Source: a virus. From it: 64,000 nt of DNA. Under the pieces are notes generated by a model. That model made no database searches and was not told where the DNA came from. It saw only the letters and a list, made by a program, of their open reading frames with translations. This document shows, piece after piece, positions 1-8,725 of the stretch. Position numbers and translations under genes: made by a program. Each line of letters begins with the position of its first letter. Within the stretch, counting starts at the first letter, position 1. The stretch lies in IMG/VR virus record IMGVR_UViG_3300025117_000005, positions 1 through 64,000 of that record. The stretch is one strand, 5' to 3'.

Positions 1-143
1 TCCCCGGTTGCCGGGGTGGAACAAGCTGGACTGCCTACCACGATTGCTCCAGCAACACCTTGAGTAGTCCTGGCCTCCTGCCATTGAGTAAAGGCAGGAG
101 AAGCCAGTAACAAAAAGAATAAACAAAGGAAGTATCGCTTCAT
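1..143 (-). CDS. Partial CDS (N-terminus only) with Sec-type signal peptide; probably another fibre/secreted protein
   Basis: Manual translation from ATG 143: MKRYFLCLFFLLLASPAFTQWQEARTTQGVAGAIVVGSPACSTPATG..., open to the window edge; basic n-region, hydrophobic h-region. Confidence 0.7.
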   Translation of the reverse strand, partial: MKRYFLCLFFLLLASPAFTQWQEARTTQGVAGAIVVGSPACSTPATG

Positions 144-153
144 GGTGTTTTCC

Positions 154-1755
154 CTAATATGTGCTGTTCAGCATAATTTTGGATTGATACTTGATCTCAA
201 TCCCAGCAAGGTCGAAGTCTTGAACATAAGTATCTGTCGTAGCTGCAACTCTTGTAACAATCATTTGGGCAGATTCACCAGCGGCGATACCTGTCAAGGT
301 GATCGCAGATGACCAAGCCCCCGTGATCCTGTCATACTGAACATAGGTCGCATCGGCAGTTAAGGTGCTCTCTTGGGCCGTACCTGCTGTGCACCCTAAG
401 ACCTCTGAATTGGCGAGCGAACAACCGGCTAAAGAAAAGGCTACAACCTCAGTGTTTGCTGGGGCCGTGGCGCTGCTCACATATCCGATGAATCTAAACT
501 TCACACCCCCAACATAATCATCCGGAACAAGCCAGTGCATCTCAAGATTCTCGTTAGAGGCCCCATCAAAGGCCCTCGCCCTCACTTTCCGAGTCGAGGC
601 AAGTACCGCTGAGGCCGCCGGAGGTGCCGCACCATCCTCCATGTAGGCAACAGGGAGGAATTCTGTTCTGACAACGATGGTGTAAGCAGTCCCTGAATCA
701 ATGACTGTTCTCACGTTGGTCCCATCGTAGTATTCAATCAGTCCGAATCCAGAAGCGTTTGTATCAGAAGAATCATGTCTGATCTGCCCCGCCGTAGTTC
801 CTGGATCGGCATCGGAAGATGGCAGGTTCACAGTCGTCACATTGATCGTATCCTTGAATTCCAAGGCATTGTTAGCAGCGTTCACACCAAGGATCTGATT
901 TGCAGCCGAACCGGTAAGCACAGACATGGCTCCTGCACCTGTCCATTGGATAATACTCACATCCGCCCCAGTAAGTCCCGCGAGGGCATCCAGGTTGGTG
1001 TTTGATGCCTGTGCTCCGATGACAGACAAGACCTCGGCCGGGGTTTTAAACTCTAAGGCTGTATTACCGGAATTGGAAGCTAAAAAATAATTGGGACCTC
1101 CACTTGTCACGACATTAACGGCATCAGCCCCCGTCCCCTCAATAATCGATACATCAGCTATCGTCAGCCCCGCCAGAGCCGTCAGGGTGGCGTCGAGAGG
1201 TTGGCCCGTGGCGGTGGTGAGGTAGGTTCCTGACAGATCCGGAATGTTCCCGGAATGGATGTTCGTCGCACCTTGGTCTGAGGTCCAGTCAACAACCCCA
1301 ATCGCAGTAGCAATCTGGCCCAGGGTGCTTTCAATCAACGCCCCACTCTGAGCAAGTACCGCTGTGGCCGTAGTCGCCGGGGTGCTATCGTCAGCCTGGC
1401 CCGTGATGTCTGTGACGGAGAATGCACCACCGCCACCGAGTCCTACCCATGCAGCCCCGCTATACCGACAGAGTACCGCCGTGGACCCGCCACCTGTGGT
1501 ACAGTCATCGGCGGCATTCCCATCAGTGACAACGACCACCTTCCCTGTAACCGCAACAGGGAGCGTAGCCACCGTATAACTCGTCAGCTTCAGGTCTTTG
1601 GACAGGGTGATCGTAGACCCGCTGACGGAGATCCCGTATGTAGCCAGAGCCTGTGTCCAAGCATTCCACCCCCCGGGGGGATTCCATGCAAGAGACACGG
1701 ACGGTAGCACGAGCAGTAGTAATAGAAGTGATATTGCAAGCCATCTTTTTATCAT
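154..1755 (-). CDS. Tail-fibre-like protein with N-terminal signal peptide
   Basis: GGAGG SD favours ATG 1755 (MIKRWLAISLLLLLLVLPSVSLA-W); fibre motifs TSYTVATLP and QPLDATLTALAGL, a duplicated ~55-aa segment ending ALEFK; C-terminal beta-rich domain. Confidence 0.65.
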   Translation of the reverse strand: MIKRWLAISLLLLLLVLPSVSLAWNPPGGWNAWTQALATYGISVSGSTITLSKDLKLTSYTVATLPVAVTGKVVVVTDGNAADDCTTGGGSTAVLCRYSGAAWVGLGGGGAFSVTDITGQADDSTPATTATAVLAQSGALIESTLGQIATAIGVVDWTSDQGATNIHSGNIPDLSGTYLTTATGQPLDATLTALAGLTIADVSIIEGTGADAVNVVTSGGPNYFLASNSGNTALEFKTPAEVLSVIGAQASNTNLDALAGLTGADVSIIQWTGAGAMSVLTGSAANQILGVNAANNALEFKDTINVTTVNLPSSDADPGTTAGQIRHDSSDTNASGFGLIEYYDGTNVRTVIDSGTAYTIVVRTEFLPVAYMEDGAAPPAASAVLASTRKVRARAFDGASNENLEMHWLVPDDYVGGVKFRFIGYVSSATAPANTEVVAFSLAGCSLANSEVLGCTAGTAQESTLTADATYVQYDRITGAWSSAITLTGIAAGESAQMIVTRVAATTDTYVQDFDLAGIEIKYQSKIMLNSTY

Positions 1756-1776
1756 TGTTACCTCCCGCATCCATCA

Positions 1777-1806
1777 AATAAAAAAGGCTACCCAGTTGAG
1801 TAGCCT
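1777..1806 (-). terminator. Intrinsic terminator downstream of the 1203-aa gene
   Basis: Minus strand AGGCTAC-TCAACTGG-GTAGCCT followed by TTTTTATTT. Confidence 0.65.
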
Positions 1807-1833
1807 CCTGTTCACAAACATTAACGTTTACCT

Positions 1834-4800
1834 TTATTGAACAAACAGTTTCGCCGTCACGACCGTATCAGTAGGATTACCTGAAAGCCCCTGAGCGACC
1901 AGCCTGAAAAACCTCATCGGGGTGAGCGCTAAGGTTTTGACCTTCGGGAGCCCTATGGTACAGGCCAACCCTTCGGCTTTACATGCCGTAGGACCAAGCA
2001 CCTCCAGTAAGACGGTCTTTTCTAACCCGTCCATGGTCGCCCCCTGCGAACACGTCCATCCCTGTTCAGCATCGATTGATGCTACCAGTTCGGCCAGCGT
2101 ATCGAAAGCCGCGGCCGTCAGATCATACTCAGCAATAACCGATGTGTCTGTTGCGAACCATCCCCCGGGTGTGGTTTTGATATCCGTAGCCGACTTCGCC
2201 GCCAGAGAGAGCGACGTGACAACAGCGGCTGCTTCATATTGTGAGCCCATGACACAGGTATAATCTCCGAGCCCATCCAGAAAGGCTACCAGTTCTGCCA
2301 AGGCATCATAAGATGGATCACGGAAGAAGATCTTTCCACCGAGGCCGACATTGGTATCTGGGGTGGCATTGGGAGCCTCCACGAATAGGCACCGGTCCAT
2401 GACACAGGTGTACGGAGCCGCCTGACAAGCCTGAGCCGTAACCACTTTCAGGTTCTTTGAAAGTTCCGTTCCTACCATGTCTCCGTGTTTCGTGCATGTC
2501 CAACCGCCTTCCGCGTCAATCACGGCTACCAGTTCCGTGATTGTATCGTTGGCAGCTAACGTCAGATCGTAGGCAATGAGAACGGATGAGGAAGTCGTCA
2601 ACCACGCTCCCGGAGCCGATTTGATATCCGCAGCCCCGGCCGTTGCCAAGGCGTTTGAATCTACAGCGGTTTCGAAGGAAGACCCCATAATGCAGGTGTA
2701 ATCCCCTAACCCGTCCAAATAGGTGGTCAACTCTTCGAGGGTATTGTACGTGGCATCACTGAACCAGATCTTGCCCCCGGGACCCACATTGACATCCCCT
2801 GTCGCGTTCGGCGCTTCAACAAAGAGGCACCGTTCGGCCAGGCAGGTATAGGCCGCGGCCTGACAGGCTTGAGGTCCAATAACAGCGAGGTATTTTGAAA
2901 GTTCCGTGCCAGCCATCTGAGCACCGATCGTGCATGTCCAACCGCCCTCTCCGTCAATGGCCGCCACCAATTCAGATAGCGTATCACATGCTGCATCCGT
3001 CAGGTCGTAAGCCACGACAATTTCAGCCGTGGTGGCAAACCAGACATCTGCCGACTTGATATCCGTGGCAGCAACCGCAGACAGGGTGTTCGTGTCCACC
3101 GCCGTCTCTGCCGCAGATCCCATAATACATGTGTAATCTCCGAGCCCATTAAGAAAAGTGGTGAGCTCTGAAAGCGTATTGTATGAAGCATCCGAGAAGA
3201 AGATTTTTCCTCCCGGTCCAACATTCGCATCTCCCGCACCATTGGGAGCTTCGATGAACAGACATCTTTCCGTGAGGCACACATAAGGCGCAGCCTGACA
3301 CGCTTGAGCAGCTACGACCGCGAGGTACTTGGATAATTCCGTACCCCCCATCTGAGCGCCAGCGGTACAGGTCCAGCCCTCTTCCCCGTCAATCGATGCT
3401 ACGATCTCGGATATGGTATCGTAAGCGCCAGCGGTCAGGTCGTAGGTTACAGTCAGGGGCGCGGAGGTTGTGAACCATGCCCCTGGAGCGCCTTTAATAT
3501 CGACAGGGGCAGCAGCGGCCAGCGTGTTACTATCAACGTTCGTTTCCCACTGAGAACCGAGGACGCACGTGTAATCCCCGAGGGTATCCAGGACCGTTGC
3601 TATTTCCCCAATGGTGTCATAAGCTGCGTCCGAGAAGAAAAGTTTACCCCCAGGTCCGACATTGACGTCCCCCGTGCCATTTGGAGCCTCGATATAGAGG
3701 CATCTATCCATAACGCAAGCGTAACCTGCGGTTTTGCAATCCTGAGCCGCTACCACCGTCAGGTGGACGGTCAACTCTGTTCCAGCCATTAATGCCCCAG
3801 CCGAGCAAGTCCAGGCATTCAACCCGTCAATGAGGGCTACCAACTCCGTTACCGTATCGTTGGCAGCAATGGTAAGATCATAGTCAATCGTGATAGGACT
3901 GGTCGTTGTGAACCAGACCGCAGCCGTCTTGATATCGGTAGCCGCGACAGCGGAGAGGGTATTGGTATCCGCATTCGCCTCAGCCGCAGACCCCATGACA
4001 CAGGTATAGTCGACCAACCCATCAAGGTAGGCCGCCAGTTCCGTCAGGGTATCGTAGGCCGCATTCCGGAAGAAGACTTTACCCCCCGGACCAACGTTTT
4101 CGTCACCTGTCCCATTCGGTGCTTCGAGAAACAGGCACCGGTCCAAGGCGCAGGTGTAAACCGATGTTTTGCAATCCTGAGCCGCTACTATGGCGAGGTT
4201 GATAGACAATTCTGTCCCGAGCAGACTATCCCCAAGATTACAGGACCAGCCAGGCAGGATATCGATGGCGCTGGCCAGTTCAGCCAAGGTATTGTAAGCA
4301 GCATCCGTAATGTCAATGGTCGCCACTACATTCAGGGCGGGAGCGCATAGAACGAGGGAGTTTTCCAGCACTTCGACTGTAGCCGTAGCTTCAGCGCCCA
4401 CATACCTTACGGAAATGCCGTCCAGAGCGTCCAGGATGCTCGCCCTTGCACTTGCCTGAGCCCCGACATAGCGGAGTTGCATAGAGGCGTTTGCGATCAA
4501 TTCCAAGGTGTTGGCCTGAACTTCAACGGTAGCGGTGGGAGATCCACCGACGTATTGAATGGTAAACCCCTCAACAGCATCAAGAACCCTTGCCTCAGAA
4601 CTCGCCTCAGCCCCAACATAACGGATACGAATGCCGGGATCCGCACTCAATTCAAGGCTATTGGACTTTACTTCGACGGTTGCCGCAGCCGACCCGCCGA
4701 CATGCTGCACGGAGAGTCCATCAGGACCGTCCAGGACACTCGCCCTTGCCGAGGCTTGCCCGCCGGTATAGCGGAGCTTCATAGAGGCATCGGCAACCAG

Positions 4801-5445
4801 GTTGACAAGATTTTCCAAAACCTCCACGGTGGCCGCAGGAGATCCACCGACATGCTGGACGACAATGCCGTCAGGGGCATTCAGAACACTTGCCCGCGCC
4901 GTGGCTTCTATTCCGGTGTAACGCAGGCGTATGGAAGCGTCAGACACCAACTCCAGGCTGTTTTCCTTCAGTTCCACTGTAGCAGCCGGGGATCCACCTA
5001 CATGCTGAACAATGATACCATTGGGAGCGTCCAAGACGCTGGCCCTTGCCGTAGCCTCAGCCCCCGTATATCTCAGGCGCATGGAAGCATCGGCAACGAG
5101 TTCCAAGGTGTCTTCCTTAACCTCTGCCGTCGCAGCCACAGACCCGCCGACGTACTGAACAGTCAAGGCGGTAGGATTCGTCAGGAGAGTTTCGATATCA
5201 TCAGCCGAGACCGGGATGATAAAGTCTTCCTCTTCCAGGGTGGGAGACATCTCATAATACAGCCGCACCTTTGGGACTCCATCTTCGGAGTTCGCCTTAT
5301 ACCAGACCCCGAAGAATCCACGCTTGGCCAGGTCAAGGGCGTCCGAGACGTACCGCCCCGTAATCCCATCAATAATCTGTCCATTAATCAAGGTAAACAC
5401 GTCTCCATGATCTCCACCGGGTTTTAATACGTTCACGTTAGCCAT
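1834..5445 (-). CDS. Large virion decoration/appendage protein with nested (matryoshka) repeat architecture
   Basis: 5 x 50-aa N-half repeat pairs, an intact core domain and 5 x ~146-aa C-half repeat pairs; core is similar to the domain in 26990..27664. Confidence 0.7.
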   Translation of the reverse strand: MANVNVLKPGGDHGDVFTLINGQIIDGITGRYVSDALDLAKRGFFGVWYKANSEDGVPKVRLYYEMSPTLEEEDFIIPVSADDIETLLTNPTALTVQYVGGSVAATAEVKEDTLELVADASMRLRYTGAEATARASVLDAPNGIIVQHVGGSPAATVELKENSLELVSDASIRLRYTGIEATARASVLNAPDGIVVQHVGGSPAATVEVLENLVNLVADASMKLRYTGGQASARASVLDGPDGLSVQHVGGSAAATVEVKSNSLELSADPGIRIRYVGAEASSEARVLDAVEGFTIQYVGGSPTATVEVQANTLELIANASMQLRYVGAQASARASILDALDGISVRYVGAEATATVEVLENSLVLCAPALNVVATIDITDAAYNTLAELASAIDILPGWSCNLGDSLLGTELSINLAIVAAQDCKTSVYTCALDRCLFLEAPNGTGDENVGPGGKVFFRNAAYDTLTELAAYLDGLVDYTCVMGSAAEANADTNTLSAVAATDIKTAAVWFTTTSPITIDYDLTIAANDTVTELVALIDGLNAWTCSAGALMAGTELTVHLTVVAAQDCKTAGYACVMDRCLYIEAPNGTGDVNVGPGGKLFFSDAAYDTIGEIATVLDTLGDYTCVLGSQWETNVDSNTLAAAAPVDIKGAPGAWFTTSAPLTVTYDLTAGAYDTISEIVASIDGEEGWTCTAGAQMGGTELSKYLAVVAAQACQAAPYVCLTERCLFIEAPNGAGDANVGPGGKIFFSDASYNTLSELTTFLNGLGDYTCIMGSAAETAVDTNTLSAVAATDIKSADVWFATTAEIVVAYDLTDAACDTLSELVAAIDGEGGWTCTIGAQMAGTELSKYLAVIGPQACQAAAYTCLAERCLFVEAPNATGDVNVGPGGKIWFSDATYNTLEELTTYLDGLGDYTCIMGSSFETAVDSNALATAGAADIKSAPGAWLTTSSSVLIAYDLTLAANDTITELVAVIDAEGGWTCTKHGDMVGTELSKNLKVVTAQACQAAPYTCVMDRCLFVEAPNATPDTNVGLGGKIFFRDPSYDALAELVAFLDGLGDYTCVMGSQYEAAAVVTSLSLAAKSATDIKTTPGGWFATDTSVIAEYDLTAAAFDTLAELVASIDAEQGWTCSQGATMDGLEKTVLLEVLGPTACKAEGLACTIGLPKVKTLALTPMRFFRLVAQGLSGNPTDTVVTAKLFVQ
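1945..4140 (-). repeat. Five tandem ~438-bp (~146-aa) repeats encoding alternating B'/A' C-terminal half-domains
   Basis: RCLxxEAPN...NVGxGGKxxF...DYTC...DIK...W + YDLT...DT..E.V...ID...WTC...C, repeated 5 times (aa ~436-1167). Confidence 0.9.
4417..5166 (-). repeat. Five tandem 150-bp (50-aa) repeats encoding alternating A/B N-terminal half-domains
   Basis: xxxQ(Y/H)VGGSxxATxExxxxxxxL + xxxRY(T/V)GxxA(T/S)xxAx(V/I)L, repeated 5 times (aa 94-343). Confidence 0.9.
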
Positions 5446-5624
5446 TATTCGTATCCTCCTTCGGAATCTATCGTTACCGGAATATAACAGGCCGGCTTGT
5501 TATTCTGACAAGATTGCTTCCATTCGCAGTCTTTGCAATGATGGTCGCAACACATATGCTTCGTGCCGTATGGCACCCACTGTCCACAGTCATAGCAGAC
5601 GTATGTAAAAAGATAACTGGACAT
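5445..5624 (-). CDS. Small Cys-rich (putative Zn-binding) protein
   Basis: GGGAG SD before ATG 5624; CYDC, CCDHHCKDC motifs; stop overlaps the next ATG. Confidence 0.55.
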   Translation of the reverse strand: MSSYLFTYVCYDCGQWVPYGTKHMCCDHHCKDCEWKQSCQNNKPACYIPVTIDSEGGYE

Positions 5625-5631
5625 GGACTCC

Positions 5632-6375
5632 CTAGTTTTGCTTTCTGACCGTCCAAAAATCATCAGACAGGTTTCTATCCTTGATATATCCAAAGGGTAG
5701 GTATCCGTACCCGTCATCTCCCCATTTGCGCCCCCACGAATTCCGGATAATCAAACGCTCCTTCTCTGTGTACCCCACACCTACTATCGCGTGGCCCCCC
5801 TCCAGTGAATCGGTCTTCTTCGGCATAGGGATCTGTCCCGTCTTGCCGACCTTATCCGTCATCATGGATGAGTACACGGAAAACCCGAACATGAAGGCAA
5901 AACCATCCGCCAAACAGCCAAGAACATCATCCAGCGTGTTCAGCCTCTGGTATGCAGTGATCTTATGGTCCGAAGCGTCCTGGAAGAAAGATTGTGGAGG
6001 CTTCTCAAAAAACTTATCCGTCACGTAAGGCCATTTTGATTCATTTCCGAGCCCAAACTTCGCCATGGCCTTCACGGTATTTCGCAATGTCGCTCCAGAG
6101 TCAAACGGAACGGTGCCCTCCAGGCTGCGCGTCATCCAGTACAGCGCCAGCCGGCTTTTATCCTCATAGGGAGCCTTCATCTTATCCCCGACGAATTCAT
6201 ACACGCCAACCCCTGCCTGTGCGGTACAGGAGCCAATATTCCCTTGATCCTCTATCGGGGAACAAATCGCCCGCAAGTCCATACTTTTCGGAATCTCTCT
6301 CTTTGGGTGGACCCTCTTGAACTGAAAATCCCTGAAATCCAACGGGTCCGGCAACCATCCGAACGATCTCTTCAT
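5632..6375 (-). CDS. Papain-family (C1A) cysteine peptidase
   Basis: DQGNIGSCTA (catalytic Cys), GGHA (His), IRNSWGxxWGDDGYGYLP (Asn); N-terminal GWLPDPLDFRD. Confidence 0.92.
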   Translation of the reverse strand: MKRSFGWLPDPLDFRDFQFKRVHPKREIPKSMDLRAICSPIEDQGNIGSCTAQAGVGVYEFVGDKMKAPYEDKSRLALYWMTRSLEGTVPFDSGATLRNTVKAMAKFGLGNESKWPYVTDKFFEKPPQSFFQDASDHKITAYQRLNTLDDVLGCLADGFAFMFGFSVYSSMMTDKVGKTGQIPMPKKTDSLEGGHAIVGVGYTEKERLIIRNSWGRKWGDDGYGYLPFGYIKDRNLSDDFWTVRKQN

Positions 6376-7085
6376 ATCTCAATTCTCCCTTCGGTAGTCC
6401 ACTTGGCCAGATGAAACTGACCGTCATCCAGGAATTCAACGCTCTCCCGGTCTAACTCCACACCAGAGCCGCAATTCCGATAATATCCAACCTCTTCGAG
6501 GTGATGAATGTGTCCGAAAACAGCATCGGCCTTCCGGGAATTAGCCCAATCCAGAAGGTCAACCCTCTGCCTTGCGTGGCGATCATCCGATCCGGGGAGT
6601 ACGGAAACGTCGATACCTAAGTTCTCAATCGCCGCGACACCGTACCGCACCAACAACTTGCCAAGTTCCCACCCCTCATCGTTGATCCACTCCCCTTGGT
6701 GACCATGGGCGCAAAAGATTTCCCGGCTCCCGACCGTGATAATGGCCGCTTCAGGATGACCCCCTTCGTAGTCATGGTTGCCGCCGATCCGAACGATTTG
6801 GCCCTTGTGCTGCTTCTCCTCCTCATATCCCCATAGATAAATGATCCTGCCAGCAATCTTCTCAATGTCGAACCGCCACAGGTCCCGATGGTCCCCAAGG
6901 AACACTACAACAAACCCAGCCTGGAAATAGTATTCCAGTGCGTTCAAGTGTTTCTTATAGTTCTTCATAAACGGATCCATCACGTAATGGCTGTCCGAGA
7001 CCCAGGCGACCTTTTTCCCGGCCGGATAGGTCAGCCGTAACGGAGGATTGGCACGTAGAGCGTCGAGCCGTTCAAACGTGTTCAT
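6372..7085 (-). CDS. Calcineurin-like metallophosphoesterase (LpxH-like subfamily possible)
   Basis: SDSH, LGDHRDLW, GNHD, AHGH, FGHIH, NCGS motifs in canonical order. Confidence 0.85.
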   Translation of the reverse strand: MNTFERLDALRANPPLRLTYPAGKKVAWVSDSHYVMDPFMKNYKKHLNALEYYFQAGFVVVFLGDHRDLWRFDIEKIAGRIIYLWGYEEEKQHKGQIVRIGGNHDYEGGHPEAAIITVGSREIFCAHGHQGEWINDEGWELGKLLVRYGVAAIENLGIDVSVLPGSDDRHARQRVDLLDWANSRKADAVFGHIHHLEEVGYYRNCGSGVELDRESVEFLDDGQFHLAKWTTEGRIEI

Positions 7086-7098
7086 ATGGACTGACCTC

Positions 7099-7731
7099 TT
7101 AAAGAAATTTCAGGTACGCCGCCATGAAGTCAGGGAACAGGAGTTTGGCGATATCTATGGCCGACTGGACCCCCATCCGGACCTCAGCCCCTAGGACATA
7201 GAAAGCGTTATACTCCTCGTCACTCCAATATTTCGATCCGTCCGGCTTCTGTGCCTTGTTCTCACACAGCTCCCGGAGCTCAATCAATCCCAGTACGGCG
7301 GCGGGGCTTTTGATAATGGGCCTCAGTTCGGAAGTCGTGTTGATCGGAAACTTCACCTTGTCCATAAGACCAAGACCATCTAAGAACCCAATATTCCCAG
7401 AACACTGGGTGAGGGCCTCTATGGCAAGTTTCTTATTCGCCACGTAATTCTCGTGACTCACTTTGACGAGAGGCCCGGAAACCGCAGCACATCCCATCCC
7501 CCCTGATAATGCAACCATTAGGGCGAAGCCCACAATCATTCTTAAGGCTGGCCCCGGAGGTGGTGTCTGTTTCAGCCAGGCCAGGAATACGCCAAGTGCC
7601 GGGAGGATACAGATAATCACAATCTGTTTGGTCGTCACGTTATCAGGTAGGGTGCCCCATGCAGCCAGCCCCGTCATCACCGCCGTAAGAATCGCTATAC
7701 ACGCTCCGTAAATCCAATTTCTCCAGTTCAT
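7099..7731 (-). CDS. Holin-like membrane protein fused to a lipoprotein-like periplasmic domain
   Basis: Two TM helices ending WLKQTPPP, a third hydrophobic segment ending GGMGC, then a soluble helical domain; lies in the lysis cassette. Confidence 0.45.
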   Translation of the reverse strand: MNWRNWIYGACIAILTAVMTGLAAWGTLPDNVTTKQIVIICILPALGVFLAWLKQTPPPGPALRMIVGFALMVALSGGMGCAAVSGPLVKVSHENYVANKKLAIEALTQCSGNIGFLDGLGLMDKVKFPINTTSELRPIIKSPAAVLGLIELRELCENKAQKPDGSKYWSDEEYNAFYVLGAEVRMGVQSAIDIAKLLFPDFMAAYLKFL

Positions 7732-8189
7732 AAAATCTCCTTTCGGACAAGTTCGAGCAATGGTGATATCCAGATATGCCCTGGATTAATGAAAGCCTTA
7801 TCTACCCGGCGTTGCAACATAACCCCGTGCTGTTGGTATGCCCAAAAAACTAACTCAGAGCAAAACCACCGGTCCTCGTCGTTTAGATCCTTATTGACCA
7901 AGAAACTCCCCAACCCGGCGTAGTCGTACCCCTTGCCCACTTGGGTCAGGGCGCTATCGACTATAGCCAGCCTTTGGACATCCGTTAAGGATGAGCACGT
8001 CAAGATGGCGTACTTCTTCAGTTCGTTCGCTCTCACATCCCTGCGTGTCACCCCGTCCGCATCGGCGCTGATGACTTGGGGCCAGCTTACGATCAAAGCC
8101 ACGTGCGACCATGGCGACCACGTTCTAAACTTGATCGCCTCTGAAACCACGTCGCTGGCAGTAGTGAAGAAGATGTCTGCCGGTTTCAT
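7728..8189 (-). CDS. Permuted papain-like NlpC/P60 enzyme (YiiX/YebB family)
   Basis: Start re-placed at ATGA overlap (MKPADIFF); WSHVAL (His), GKGYDY, WFCSELV (Cys): His-before-Cys permuted order. Confidence 0.85.
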   Translation of the reverse strand: MKPADIFFTTASDVVSEAIKFRTWSPWSHVALIVSWPQVISADADGVTRRDVRANELKKYAILTCSSLTDVQRLAIVDSALTQVGKGYDYAGLGSFLVNKDLNDEDRWFCSELVFWAYQQHGVMLQRRVDKAFINPGHIWISPLLELVRKEIL

Positions 8190-8725
8190 ACGTAATATTC
8201 TCCTATCCTCCTGGTCCACCCACGGGCAAATCTCAGTAGGTTGGCAGGATCTGCATACCTGAGCTCTACGTACCGCACAAACTGGAAACCGTTCAAGCAT
8301 ACGTGAAGGGCGCGGCGATCTTTCCCGCACCAGAAGTTTAGGGCTTCGAGCGTGATCGGTCCCATGATACCGTCAACGGCCATGATGCTCCCGAGGTAAT
8401 CCAGGGATCTCTGACAGATTTGGACGGCCAGCCTGCGCCCCATGTTGACGGCCGTGTCGAAGATTTCCATCTGGATCCAGCCATTGATGATCTCATCCAG
8501 CCTCAGCGGGTTCCAATAGTCCCGTAGATAAATCTGCATGGCTTCAGGCAAGGTCAGGTCCTGAATATCCAGAGCCGCATACTGAGCCGCGCTGATTCCG
8601 TACTTGGTGCCCTTCAGGATGCCTACACCGACCTGCCCCCCGGTCCAGTTCCCCTTATCATGGGGGTCATCGGTGAATTCACCCTCAAGCCCTACGGTGT
8701 GCTGAAAAGCCAGTTCAAAACTCAT
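8186..8725 (-). CDS. Endolysin, glycoside hydrolase family 108 with C-terminal peptidoglycan-binding domain
   Basis: LEGEFTDDPHDKGNWTGG, TKYGIS, IYLRDYW, FDTAVNMG, DGIMGPIT, FARGWTRR. Confidence 0.92.
   Translation of the reverse strand: MSFELAFQHTVGLEGEFTDDPHDKGNWTGGQVGVGILKGTKYGISAAQYAALDIQDLTLPEAMQIYLRDYWNPLRLDEIINGWIQMEIFDTAVNMGRRLAVQICQRSLDYLGSIMAVDGIMGPITLEALNFWCGKDRRALHVCLNGFQFVRYVELRYADPANLLRFARGWTRRIGEYYV

Noticed and set aside
1945-5166. Repeats as CRISPR array or DGR template/variable repeats
   Set aside because: Repeats are in-frame, diverged coding units without spacers; no reverse transcriptase or cas genes in the window
4477-5427. 316-aa plus-strand ORF with repeats
   Set aside because: Antisense shadow of the repeat region of the 1203-aa gene; no SD and implausible composition
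1834-5445. 1203-aa protein as a contractile tail sheath
   Set aside because: Only an outer-domain-like motif is present; no sheath core or baseplate genes, and the tail module is lambda-like (M/L/K/J, long tape measure)
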